Shown one piece after another: positions 9,182 to 17,546 of a stretch of 32,000 nt of DNA. Within the stretch, counting starts at the first letter, position 1, and every line of letters begins with the position of its first letter. The translations under genes were made by a program, and so were the position numbers. The notes beneath the pieces are model-generated. The model saw only the letters and a list, made by a program, of their open reading frames with translations, was not told the DNA's origin and did not search any database. Source of the DNA: Psychrobacter sp. DM4 (GTDB lineage: Bacteria > Pseudomonadota > Gammaproteobacteria > Pseudomonadales > Moraxellaceae). The stretch lies in assembly GCF_051307035.1 (NCBI RefSeq), contig NZ_CP195536.1, positions 1,380,001 to 1,412,000 on the forward strand, in the 5' to 3' direction.

Positions 9182-9509
9182 GGATGTTGTATATGCCCGA
9201 ATATAAGGCTTTAAATAATCAGTACCAACAGCTATCAGCCAATGATCATACAAAGCGAGAGTTAAAATAGGTTTTAAAGTTTTAGAAGACACATAAGATA
9301 GCTCAAACATTGCAAGATTTGTTATCTAGTCACTCTCCAGAGAGCCAAGCTTGTACTCAAGAAATAGCGGACTGCTTACTATTAGCTATTTCCAAGAAAA
9401 AAAGTATTAAAAACACTAAATGACGCAAAAATCGAGAGCCCAAAAAATAATGAGAAATGATTAATGGGCAACTATTGCAGATTTTGCGACAGTTAAACCT
9501 TCTTCTAAA

Positions 9510-9542
9510 AGGCAGTTGTCGCAAAAATTGCGACAACTGCCT
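9510..9542. promoter_or_regulatory. 33-bp perfect palindrome, candidate operator upstream of the antitoxin-like gene
   Basis: AGGCAGTTGTCGCAA-AAA-TTGCGACAACTGCCT ends 24 nt before the ATG at 9566. A half-site-like TTTTGCGACAGTT lies at 9482-9494. Confidence 0.45.
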
Positions 9543-9565
9543 CAACTTATGAAATGGAAAGAAAA

Positions 9566-9789
9566 ATGTCTGATGACCCCCTATCCTTGTAAGTAAAGCT
9601 GAAATTGCGAAGCGCCGGCGCATCACTGCAGATACGCTTGCTAGTTTTGCAGTTGATAACATCCCCGTGAATCCTAAGATTCAATATATCTTTGACGACT
9701 TTGTAGAAGGTAAGATTGCGACCAGTGCAGAAGTGAAAGCTCTTTTGCTCAATCATTATTCTAAAATTGCAAAGCTATCTAAGCCCTGA
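9566..9789 (+). pseudogene. VbhA-like (Fic-associated) antitoxin gene broken by a frameshift in a C5 tract
   Basis: ATG 9566 gives MSDDPLSL then a stop. One extra C in the run 9577-9581 would give a 74-aa product ...SKAEIAKRRRITADTLASFAVDNIPVNPKIQYIFDDFVEGKIATSAEVKALLLNHY, which resembles VbhA-type antitoxins from memory. No Fic toxin gene follows. Confidence 0.4.
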
Positions 9790-9900
9790 TAGTTTAAATG
9801 CATGCGCTTTTAGTCTCCACTGGTTATGCTTCTGCTTTACTAATAACAATTCAAAATCGAGGATTTACAGTCGGAGCCTGCAGGCGTAAAAAAGTTAAAA

Positions 9901-9971
9901 ACACTAAATGACGCAGGAACGTATTCTGTTTTTAGAGCGTCTATTGCTCCTCTGAATTTTATTGAGTATAC
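9901..9971 (+). repeat. copy 1 of a 71-bp direct repeat
   Basis: ACACTAAATGACGCAGGAACGTATTCTGTTTTTAGAGCGTCTATTGCTCCTCTGAATTTTATTGAGTATAC matches 10258-10328 at 70/71. Confidence 0.8.
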
Positions 9972-10257
9972 ATAGATGCATATTTTGCTAATTTACATAA
10001 TGTACAAGCATTGCGAGCACTACATTTTAATTTGATAAAGTCGCTTTTTTCTACACCATAATAATAATATTTACAATTAAAACAGAGGTTTGCGGATAGA
10101 ATCATAGTTGTACAGAGTTTGAAAAGTCCTTAGTCGGTAGGAATATTACCGCAGCTTGGTAGGAGTTTGTTCACGGCTATATCTTATAAGTGTGCTCTCT
10201 AGAATCTTGTAAACCTTTCGTGCGTATTCAGCGTTTAATTATCATTTGTACGCTATC

Positions 10258-10328
10258 ACACTAAATGACGCAGGAACGTATTCTGTTTTTAGAGCGTCTA
10301 TTGCTCTTCTGAATTTTATTGAGTATAC
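10258..10328 (+). repeat. copy 2 of the 71-bp direct repeat
   Basis: It has one mismatch to 9901-9971. A third partial copy (AAAAAGTATTAAAAACACTAAATGACGCA) is at about 9398-9427. Confidence 0.8.
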
Positions 10329-10503
10329 CTATGGCTAACCAATCAGGTGCTTTCATTGGTTCGGTTCCCTAGTGAGGACTTGAATCTTTGGCTGTGAGCT
10401 AATGGTATTAAGGTTTCAACTTGCTGAGATAGCCACAGTGTACTTCATGATGTACTTACCATAGATATTCTATCTATGATCGGTGCGCTAGTGAGGACTT
10501 GAA

Positions 10504-10571
10504 GAGACCATCCCAGATTCTGTGTAACTGACGTTTAGATTAAATACTTACACAAAATTTAGGAAGGTCTC
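10504..10571. mobile_element. 68-bp MITE-like element or empty IS ends
   Basis: The 24-nt inverted termini are GAGACCATCCCAGATTCTGTGTAA and the reverse complement of TTACACAAAATTTAGGAAGGTCTC. There is no coding capacity. Confidence 0.5.
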
Positions 10572-10944
10572 TGAAAATTAACCACCTGACACAACTCGTC
10601 ACCTACTAACAGATCTTGGCGGTCATAAAAGTTGCCCCAACGCTTATAATTATTATCCGTTCTCGACTCAGGGTTATAAGTAATGGCGATGTAGGTTTGA
10701 ATTTTATTAGTGTCCTAAATTAGTTGACCACCACCAGATTCTTATCAAAGACTTCATCATCTATTATTCGCCAAACGGCAACTTGCTGATGGTCTTTGGT
10801 GGTGACTAGATTTAAAGTTTGTTCAATCATTGCTTGAGGTCTCATATCCTTATGATGTTTATTTGCTTCAAACCCAGTTACTTTACACTTAGCGGTTTAA
10901 TTAAGCTACTTACTTGAGCTATTTGCTTCAGTTATTAGGCTTGG

Positions 10945-11778
10945 CTACTTACTCAACTTCAATATTCTAAAGGCGCCCTGAATAACTAAAGCAAATACGA
11001 TGCTACCAATAATCAAATCAGGCGTACTAGAGTGTAACCAATTAACCAAAATCCCTGCAACAATTACCCCTAAATTGATAATCACATCGTTTGAAGTGAA
11101 AATCATACTGGCTTGCATATGGGCTTCTTCTTTTTTGCTTTTCGATTTTTGTAGTAAATAGAGGCAAATCGAGTTTGCAATTAGCGCAAGAATCGATATG
11201 ACTATCATGGTAGAAAAGTCAGGTAACTGCTCATTGCCAAAGAAACGTCTTAGTACTTCTAAAAAACCAAGAATCGCTAGCGTAATTTGAAAATATCCGG
11301 CAATTCTAGCAATCCGTTTTTTCTTAATGACCGTTCCACCGACCGCAAATAAGCTAATTCCGTACACGAAGCTATCTGCTAACATATCTAAGCTGTCGGC
11401 GACCAACCCCATCGAACGAGAAATCAGTCCCGTGCTCATTTCAATAATAAAGAAAGCAAAGTTAATGACCAGCACTATCCATAGTAGCTTTCTTTGCTCA
11501 GCATCTTTTTTGTGACTAGAATCAGCATCAATTTTAAAATTATTGTTGGGATCAGAGGGGTCAATGGTTTCGGTCGAGAGTAGGGTGTCTCCTAATTTTA
11601 GGTCATGAATAGCAGTCTCTATCCCTTCTATATTGTCATGATGAAACACAGTTAATTGACGGTTAGGAATGTCGAACTCAAGATGTTTAATATTCGAGTG
11701 GCCCTCTAATTTCATTCGGATTAGGTTTTCCTCCGAAGGGCAGTCCATCTTCGATATTTTAAAAGTTGTTTTATTCAT
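10945..11778 (-). CDS. cation-efflux (CDF-type) transporter with an N-terminal heavy-metal-associated-like domain
   Basis: The N-terminus FKISKMDCPSEENLIRMKLEG resembles HMA, followed by CDF-like TM helices with ADSLDMLADS and repeated hydrophobic segments. The start was set at ATG 11778 (MNKTTF). The ORF-track start at 11922 is a TTG that adds a 48-aa hydrophobic extension. Confidence 0.7.
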   Translation of the reverse strand: MNKTTFKISKMDCPSEENLIRMKLEGHSNIKHLEFDIPNRQLTVFHHDNIEGIETAIHDLKLGDTLLSTETIDPSDPNNNFKIDADSSHKKDAEQRKLLWIVLVINFAFFIIEMSTGLISRSMGLVADSLDMLADSFVYGISLFAVGGTVIKKKRIARIAGYFQITLAILGFLEVLRRFFGNEQLPDFSTMIVISILALIANSICLYLLQKSKSKKEEAHMQASMIFTSNDVIINLGVIVAGILVNWLHSSTPDLIIGSIVFALVIQGAFRILKLSK

Positions 11779-11943
11779 AGCTACATTTATATCCGGGTGG
11801 TGGTTCAAAAAGTAGGCTGGAAAAAAACAGGCTGAGAAATTGATAAATAGTGAAATGCAAATGACACTATACATCAAATGCCCAGCCTGTCTAAGTGACA
11901 ATATAAAGAAAAATGGTTTCAAAAGCTATACCCTAGCGGAACT

Positions 11944-12008
11944 AGCTATTTAACCCTTCAAACTTATTATCAGACTACTTAAAACAGACTTTAATATGGA
12001 ACCATTTA
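11944..12008 (+). repeat. copy B of the ~66-bp direct repeat (partner at 7917-7982)
   Basis: AGCTATTTAACCCTTCAAACTTATTATCAGACTACTTAAAACAGAC...ATGGAACCATTTA lies about 190 bp upstream of the serine recombinase gene. Confidence 0.55.
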
Positions 12009-12196
12009 TAACAGACTTTTGGATTATAGGACAGGTTACTACGCTTTTTCCCTATCATTAGCCTATACCCAAAACATAAAACCTCTAAACAATAACTTAT
12101 CTATCATTAGACTTGTTTATATTATTAAATGATAGTAATATCTTGCTATTATCAATGGACATTAATTATTAAGTATAAATGATAAAAAGAGGCGTT

Positions 12197-12787
12197 ATGA
12201 CTGTTCGTATTTATGTGAGAGCCAGCACTAAGGATCAAGACGCTAAGAGAGCCTTGTCTAACTTGATTAGCTTTAGCCAAAGCTATGATGATAACCATGT
12301 TGAGTACGTTGAGCATTTCAGTGGTACGAAGCTTGATAGGCCAGTATTAGCTAAGCTATTAAAGGACGCTGATCAAGGCGATATTCTGCTGGTTGAAAGC
12401 GTGGACAGATTAAGCAGGCTATCTCAAGATGATTTTGCAATTCTAAAGCAGCGTATTAAAGACAAGGGCTTGCGATTGGTGGTGGCCGATCTACCAACCA
12501 CGCATACGGTAAGTAAGGGCATGACAGGTGACATCCTTAGAGTCATTAACGATATGCTAATCGATTTACTAGCGACGATGGCAAAGCTTGATAACGACAA
12601 GCGCAGAGAGCGTATTAAGCAGGGGTTGGCGAACAGTGGTTATAAGCCCACTGGTAAGAAGCCTAATACAACGAAACACAATCGTATTAAAGAATTAGCC
12701 AGTCAAAACAATATGACAAAAGAGGAGATCGCTAAGGCGGTTGGTGTTGGGGTAGCTACGGTTTATCGGGTGTTAAAGCAGGGCTAG
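12197..12787 (+). CDS. serine recombinase (resolvase/invertase family)
   Basis: The catalytic N-terminus is RIYVRASTKDQD, followed by VESVDRLSR and a C-terminal HTH IAKAVGVGVATVYRVL. The start was set at ATG 12197 after AAGAGG. Confidence 0.85.
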   Translation: MTVRIYVRASTKDQDAKRALSNLISFSQSYDDNHVEYVEHFSGTKLDRPVLAKLLKDADQGDILLVESVDRLSRLSQDDFAILKQRIKDKGLRLVVADLPTTHTVSKGMTGDILRVINDMLIDLLATMAKLDNDKRRERIKQGLANSGYKPTGKKPNTTKHNRIKELASQNNMTKEEIAKAVGVGVATVYRVLKQG

Positions 12788-12831
12788 ACGACACTATGTC
12801 GGAGGGTCTCCAAACCCGGTACGGTTCACTC

Positions 12832-12861
12832 AAAAAATAGGAGCTTAGAGCTCCCATTTTT
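12832..12861. terminator. bidirectional hairpin terminator between convergent genes
   Basis: AAAAAATAGGAGCT-TAG-AGCTCCCATTTTT has an A-run on one side and a T-run on the other. Confidence 0.6.
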
Positions 12862-12924
12862 ATGTTAGCTTTCTAAGTCTCTATGTTAATTTGAAGAATA
12901 CTTCATCATAACGTCCGAATACAG

Positions 12925-13209
12925 CTATATTTTTTTGATTTCTACAATATCACTTGATTCAATGAGCGATTGGATATTACCAAATAAACTTTGAATATAA
13001 TCAGAGGCCATATGGATATCTAAATCCTCCCTGCTACGCCATTCTTCTAAGAAGAAATATCTACTCGAGTCATTTTCGCTAATATAAAGCTCATATTTCA
13101 AGCACCCTTCTTCTTGAAGCGTAGGCTCTATTACACTTTTTAAAAGCGCTTCTAACGTCTCTTTTTGATCTGATTTTGCCTTAAAGTTCGCAATTATTGA
13201 AATAGTCAT
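12925..13209 (-). CDS. ABM-domain protein (putative quinol/antibiotic-biosynthesis monooxygenase)
   Basis: It is 94 aa with an ABM-like pattern (IANFKAK...EEGCLKYELY...FFLEEWRSREDLDIHMAS). Confidence 0.7.
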   Translation of the reverse strand: MTISIIANFKAKSDQKETLEALLKSVIEPTLQEEGCLKYELYISENDSSRYFFLEEWRSREDLDIHMASDYIQSLFGNIQSLIESSDIVEIKKI

Positions 13210-13401
13210 TATTTCACCTTGAATTTGTTTTAGGGCTTGTCCCTATTTTAAAAATGGCGATAAAAATGAGATAAATTAAAGGCAAACAAGGAAAATAACG
13301 CAGGTAATATCAAGATATTGGTCAGCTATTTGACACCGTTTGCCAAAGATTTAGCCATTTTTAGCCCATTTAGTCATAAACGCTTGAATTAGGGACACGC
13401 C

Positions 13402-14400
13402 CTAGAAGTTTTCTAGTACAATTTTGCCTTTTGACTTGCCTGATTCAAGCAACTTATGCGCCTTCTCCAAGTTTGCAGCGTTAATTTTGCCTAGATTTTG
13501 GTTGAGGGTACTTCTAATTTTTTGCTGATCAACTAATTGGGCAACCTGTTGCAAGAGATCACCTTGCTTTTCAATATCATCGGTTTCATACATTGAACGG
13601 GTGAACATCAACTCCCAATGGATAGAAATAGATTTAGTCTTAAACGGCATAATATCAAATGTTTGTGGATCATCGATCAATCCAAGCTTGCCTTGTGGTG
13701 CAATCAGAGAAACTATTTGCTCGATATAGGTGTCTGTATGATTTGTAGAGAATACGTATTTTGGTTTTGCAATGCCTAGTGTCTCGATTTGTGCATTTAA
13801 ATCTTTGCTATGATCAATGACATGGTCGGCACCAAGTGATTCCACCCAAGATTTCGTTTCTTCACGTGAAGCTGTTGCTATAACGGTCAGATTTGTTTTT
13901 GCTTTTAGGAGTTGGATAGCGATTGATCCTACACCACCTGCACCACCAATAATTAAAATACTGCCAACTTCTGTTTCTGAAATTTGAAACCGATCAAACA
14001 GCATTTCCCATGCCGTTATTGCAGTTAATGGCAATGCTGCTGCTTCTGCATTAGATACTGTAATTGGTTTAAGACTAATAATTCGTTCATCGACTGCTTG
14101 ATACTCAGCATTACTACCATCTCGGGTTAAATCGCCAGCATACCAAACAGAATCTCCTACTTTAAACGAAGTAACTTTTGAGCCAACTTCAATAATTTCC
14201 CCAACGGCATCCCAACCTAAAATACGATTATTTGCTTCAGACGAATTTTTTCTCACTTTGGTATCAACTGGATTCACAGAGATTGTCTGAACTTTTACCA
14301 GTACATCACGCTCCTTAAGCGTAGGCTTCGCTTTTTCAATATCTACCAATGAATTTTTAAAATCATCATGGTTATTTATAACATACGATACGGCTTTCAT
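13402..14400 (-). CDS. zinc-type alcohol dehydrogenase / quinone oxidoreductase (MDR family)
   Basis: It has a GroES-like N-domain and a Rossmann motif IIGGAGGVGSIAIQ. The start was set at ATG 14400 (MKAVSY), preceded by GAGGA. Confidence 0.85.
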   Translation of the reverse strand: MKAVSYVINNHDDFKNSLVDIEKAKPTLKERDVLVKVQTISVNPVDTKVRKNSSEANNRILGWDAVGEIIEVGSKVTSFKVGDSVWYAGDLTRDGSNAEYQAVDERIISLKPITVSNAEAAALPLTAITAWEMLFDRFQISETEVGSILIIGGAGGVGSIAIQLLKAKTNLTVIATASREETKSWVESLGADHVIDHSKDLNAQIETLGIAKPKYVFSTNHTDTYIEQIVSLIAPQGKLGLIDDPQTFDIMPFKTKSISIHWELMFTRSMYETDDIEKQGDLLQQVAQLVDQQKIRSTLNQNLGKINAANLEKAHKLLESGKSKGKIVLENF

Positions 14401-14427
14401 AGATTTGTCCTCAACTTTAAAAAAATA

Positions 14428-14696
14428 TAGGGCGTGTTGAACATTCAAATATTAGGACTGCTGATAGATAAAATCGCACCAAACTAGGCGTAAACCGACG
14501 ATAATGTCGAGGCCTTAGCTAGGTTTACAACACCGTTTGGGGTGATTTTAGCATCAGCCCTTTGGGGCGGGGCTCTTTTTTGCCAATACATGGCGAAATT
14601 GTCTATCCTAGAATGACTAGGCTTCGAAAATTTCACTGCGTATTGCCTGTAAAATAGCCGCCGCCAGTGCCACATTTGAATGTTCAACACGCCCTA
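14428..14696. mobile_element. 269-bp MITE-like element with 23-bp perfect terminal inverted repeats
   Basis: TAGGGCGTGTTGAACATTCAAAT (14428-14450) is the exact reverse complement of 14674-14696. A related solo end (TTGAATTAGGGACACGCCCTAG) is at 13384-13406. Confidence 0.6.
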
Positions 14697-14697
14697 G

Positions 14698-14727
14698 TAA
14701 AAATGGGAGCGAAGTGCTCCCATTTTA
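14698..14727 (-). terminator. hairpin terminator downstream of the SDR gene
   Basis: AAAATGGGAGC-GAAGT-GCTCCCATTTTA belongs to the same sequence family as 12832 and 18806. Confidence 0.6.
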
Positions 14728-14740
14728 TGTTATTCAATAA

Positions 14741-15481
14741 TTAAAACTCTTGGCTCGTTGGGCGCAAAACAATTTCATTAATATCTACATCCGCAGGCTG
14801 TTCAATTGCATAAGCAATTGCTCGAGCGACTGAGTCAGCTGGTATGGCTTGTTTGTAGAAGTCAGTAACAAACTCTGAACTTTCTTTATGAGAAGAACCG
14901 AATTTTAGTTCTGACTCAATTGCACCAGGCTCAATAGTAGTCGTTCTAATTGTTCCCCCAACTTCATGACGAAGGCCTTCTGAGATGGCTCTTACAGCAA
15001 ACTTAGTACCGCTATAAACAGTACCTCCTGGACTAAATACTTTTACCCCTGCAACAGATGAGAGATTAATAAAGTGTCCAAAGTTTTGTTTTTGGAAAAC
15101 AGGTAGGGTAGCTGCTATTCCATAAAGAACACCTTTAATATTAATGTCGATCATACGATCCCATTCATCAACTTTTAGCTCACTTAATGGTGCAATAGAC
15201 ATCAATCCAGCATTGTTTACCAATACATCGATTTGACCAAATGCGCTTAATGCCTTTTCAATAAGTGCTTGCACTTCATGTGGTTTGGTTACATCCACAC
15301 CAATAAATTCAGCTTGACCACCTTCAGCACGAATGTCGTGAACAATAGCCTCTAATTTTTCAGTACGTCTAGCACCAATTACAACCTTTGCACCTTTTTT
15401 AGCAAGTAAGCGAGCAGTAGCTTCACCTAAACCACTACTTGCACCAGTGATAACAATAACTTTATTTTCTATATTATTCAT
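14741..15481 (-). CDS. short-chain dehydrogenase/reductase (SDR)
   Basis: Motifs: TGASSGLG cofactor motif, NNAG, catalytic YSGTK. The start was set at ATG 15481 (MNNIENKVIVITG). Confidence 0.9.
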   Translation of the reverse strand: MNNIENKVIVITGASSGLGEATARLLAKKGAKVVIGARRTEKLEAIVHDIRAEGGQAEFIGVDVTKPHEVQALIEKALSAFGQIDVLVNNAGLMSIAPLSELKVDEWDRMIDINIKGVLYGIAATLPVFQKQNFGHFINLSSVAGVKVFSPGGTVYSGTKFAVRAISEGLRHEVGGTIRTTTIEPGAIESELKFGSSHKESSEFVTDFYKQAIPADSVARAIAYAIEQPADVDINEIVLRPTSQEF

Positions 15482-15615
15482 ACAAGTAACCTTCAACCTA
15501 TTTGTCAATCATATTTGAGGGTTAAGTATTACAGCCTTGTTAGGTATAATAAATGAATAATATTATCTTTCAGAATTCCTATTTACGGAATAATTACTAT
15601 AACACAGGATTGGAC

Positions 15616-16515
15616 ATGCAGAACAAATTGGAAATGATGCGTATCTTTTGTGTCGCAGCAGAGTCTCGAAATTTTAAAGAGGCAGCAACTCAGCTGGGTA
15701 TTTCCCCACAGGTAGTGACACGGGCAATAAAAGAGCTAGAAGAGCAGCGCGGAGAGATTCTGTTCTACAGGAGTACTCGACAAATTAAAATTACTGCTGA
15801 TGGTGAGCGTCTGGCAAAGCAAGCACGTCTTGCGGTGGAATCGATCGATACTTTGCTTGTAAAAGACACCAAGGAAAAACGAGATGAAATGCGTGGGACT
15901 GTCCGTCTTACTGTGTCGTCTGTGTTAGGGCGTAAAGTGGTAGTACCTGCACTAGCAGAATTTGCCATACGTTATCCAGATATTGTCGTGGATTGTGTGC
16001 TAACAGATTCACACTCGGATGTGATCGATGAGCGGATAGATATCGGGATCAGATTTGGATTTTTGCCGGACAATCGATATGTGGCAAGGGAATTGGCGAA
16101 AGTGAACTTTTATTCTGTGGGTACGCCAGAGTTAATTGATAAGGTTGGAATGCCCAAAAAAATTATTGACCTTGATAAATACCCTCTAACAGCACTATTC
16201 GATCATAAAACAGGGCGTTACTGGCCATGGACATTCACCGAAAGTCGAAGCTTTACGCCATCAAAGCCTCGTTTTATTACAGATGATCTAGAAGCTGAAT
16301 TTCAAGCTATTCTCGCTGGAGTTGGATTCGGACACATGCCTGGATTTCTAGTTTTGCCGTGGCTTAGGAGTGGTAAGCTCATTCAGATACTTCATGAGGA
16401 AACCTCTCCCGTTTGGCGCCTGTATTTATATCGTCCACAGCGGGGCCCGACACCTTTGCGAATCCGAGCATTGTTTGATTACTTAGTGGAAGTGCTGGGC
16501 CATATAGAAACCTGA
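15616..16515 (+). CDS. LysR-family transcriptional regulator
   Basis: The wHTH is MRIFCVAAESRNFKEAATQLGISPQVVTRAIKELE. The gene is divergent from the SDR gene. The start was set at ATG 15616 after AGGA. Confidence 0.85.
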   Translation: MQNKLEMMRIFCVAAESRNFKEAATQLGISPQVVTRAIKELEEQRGEILFYRSTRQIKITADGERLAKQARLAVESIDTLLVKDTKEKRDEMRGTVRLTVSSVLGRKVVVPALAEFAIRYPDIVVDCVLTDSHSDVIDERIDIGIRFGFLPDNRYVARELAKVNFYSVGTPELIDKVGMPKKIIDLDKYPLTALFDHKTGRYWPWTFTESRSFTPSKPRFITDDLEAEFQAILAGVGFGHMPGFLVLPWLRSGKLIQILHEETSPVWRLYLYRPQRGPTPLRIRALFDYLVEVLGHIET

Positions 16516-16529
16516 ATTAGATAAGACCA

Positions 16530-17546
16530 TCATGTATTTAGGGTAACTACAATTTTTCCTATTTGCTGATTTGATTCAAGATAGCGCTGAGCGTCATGCA
16601 TGTCCTCAAAGTTAAAGCAACGGTCGATCACTGGACGAAGATATCCTGCACCTATACTGCTCAGAATAAATCGTCTGGCTTGCTCCCTTAGAACAGGGTC
16701 ATGGAGAACCTCAAGGAACAAAAAACCTCGCATGGTTAAGCTCTTGCGTAATGCAATTTTAAGGGGAAATGGTGTGATCTCCGGGCTAAGCGCACCATGC
16801 ATAACCATAGTTCCTCCCACAGACATCGCTTTTGCAATCTGTTCAATATGCGGCCCTCCTACAGCATCGAAGGCGACATCAAGATGTTCTCCACCTAAAC
16901 GTAAAACAAGCGCCTCATACAAATCTGGTTCGTCTTCACTGGCTATAACATCTTTAACACCAAGATCCAGTAAACGTTGCTTTTTCTCTATCGTCTGTGT
17001 ACTTGCAATAACCTTAGCTCCCGCTGCTTCAGCTATCTGTATCGCAGCTAGTCCTACGCTACTTGAAGCTGCTGTGATGAAGATCGTTTTTCCTTTCGAT
17101 AATCCACCAGCATGGATTACACCACCCCAAGCCGTCAAATACTGCATCCAGATTGAAGAAGCTTCTTCCCAGCTTAAACTATCGGGTTTGTGAACTAAAA
17201 AATTTTCTGGAATCAGAAGCTTGTCCGCATATGTCCCATATTTGGCTAGATTGTCAGTCGGAAGAATCGATACTGCATCTCCTGGAGAAAATTGGCGTAC
17301 ACCTTCACCTACCGCAAGAACTATGCCTGCTCCCTCATATCCCAGACGAGAAGGGAATACTGCCTTTTGAATATAAGTACCACGCCGAAACATTACATCA
17401 GCCCGGTTGAGTCCGATCGTTTTAATCTGTATTAGAACTTCTCCTGCGGCTGGTAAAGCAACAGGAAGTGTTTCTAATGTCAGAACATCTGTATCTCCAA
17501 TACAATTGAAGCGCCAAGTGTTGGCCTGAAGTGCGTTAAATGACAT
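16530..17546 (-). CDS. NAD(P)H:quinone oxidoreductase-like MDR protein
   Basis: It has the zeta-crystallin/QOR pattern (GLNRADVMFRRGTY, AASSSVGLAAIQIA). Its start overlaps the upstream gene end by 11 nt. Confidence 0.85.
   Translation of the reverse strand: MSFNALQANTWRFNCIGDTDVLTLETLPVALPAAGEVLIQIKTIGLNRADVMFRRGTYIQKAVFPSRLGYEGAGIVLAVGEGVRQFSPGDAVSILPTDNLAKYGTYADKLLIPENFLVHKPDSLSWEEASSIWMQYLTAWGGVIHAGGLSKGKTIFITAASSSVGLAAIQIAEAAGAKVIASTQTIEKKQRLLDLGVKDVIASEDEPDLYEALVLRLGGEHLDVAFDAVGGPHIEQIAKAMSVGGTMVMHGALSPEITPFPLKIALRKSLTMRGFLFLEVLHDPVLREQARRFILSSIGAGYLRPVIDRCFNFEDMHDAQRYLESNQQIGKIVVTLNT

Noticed and set aside
8609-9756. Minus-strand ORFs of 63-104 aa (8609-8923, 9119-9310, 9357-9662, 9547-9756)
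   Set aside because: They overlap the better-supported + strand ORF 8741-9181 or the antitoxin-like remnant. They have Cys/Arg/Phe-rich low-complexity translations and no RBS.
9990-10017. pdif/XerCD-like site (AATTTACATAA-TGTACA-AGCATTGCGAG)
   Set aside because: Only the XerD-like arm resembles the Acinetobacter pdif consensus. The putative XerC arm does not match TTATGCGAAAT-type sequences.
10572-10860. Small minus-strand ORF (MRPQAMIEQTLNLVTTKDHQQVAVWRIIDDEVFDKNLVVVN) and downstream fragments that might be a toxin-antitoxin remnant
   Set aside because: It is only 41 codons, with no recognisable family motif. The downstream frames are broken by stops, which is insufficient evidence.
11779-11922. 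48-aa N-terminal extension of the CDF transporter ORF (TTG start)
   Set aside because: The HMA-like domain begins right after the internal ATG at 11778. The extension is hydrophobic filler from a non-ATG start.
14484-14690. 68-aa ORF
   Set aside because: It lies wholly inside the 269-bp MITE-like element between its inverted termini. It has no RBS and is too small to be a transposase.
16600-17410. 197-aa and 85-aa ORFs on the + strand
   Set aside because: They are fully antisense to the well-supported quinone oxidoreductase gene 16530-17546. Their Ser/Pro/Arg-rich composition is typical of antisense frames.
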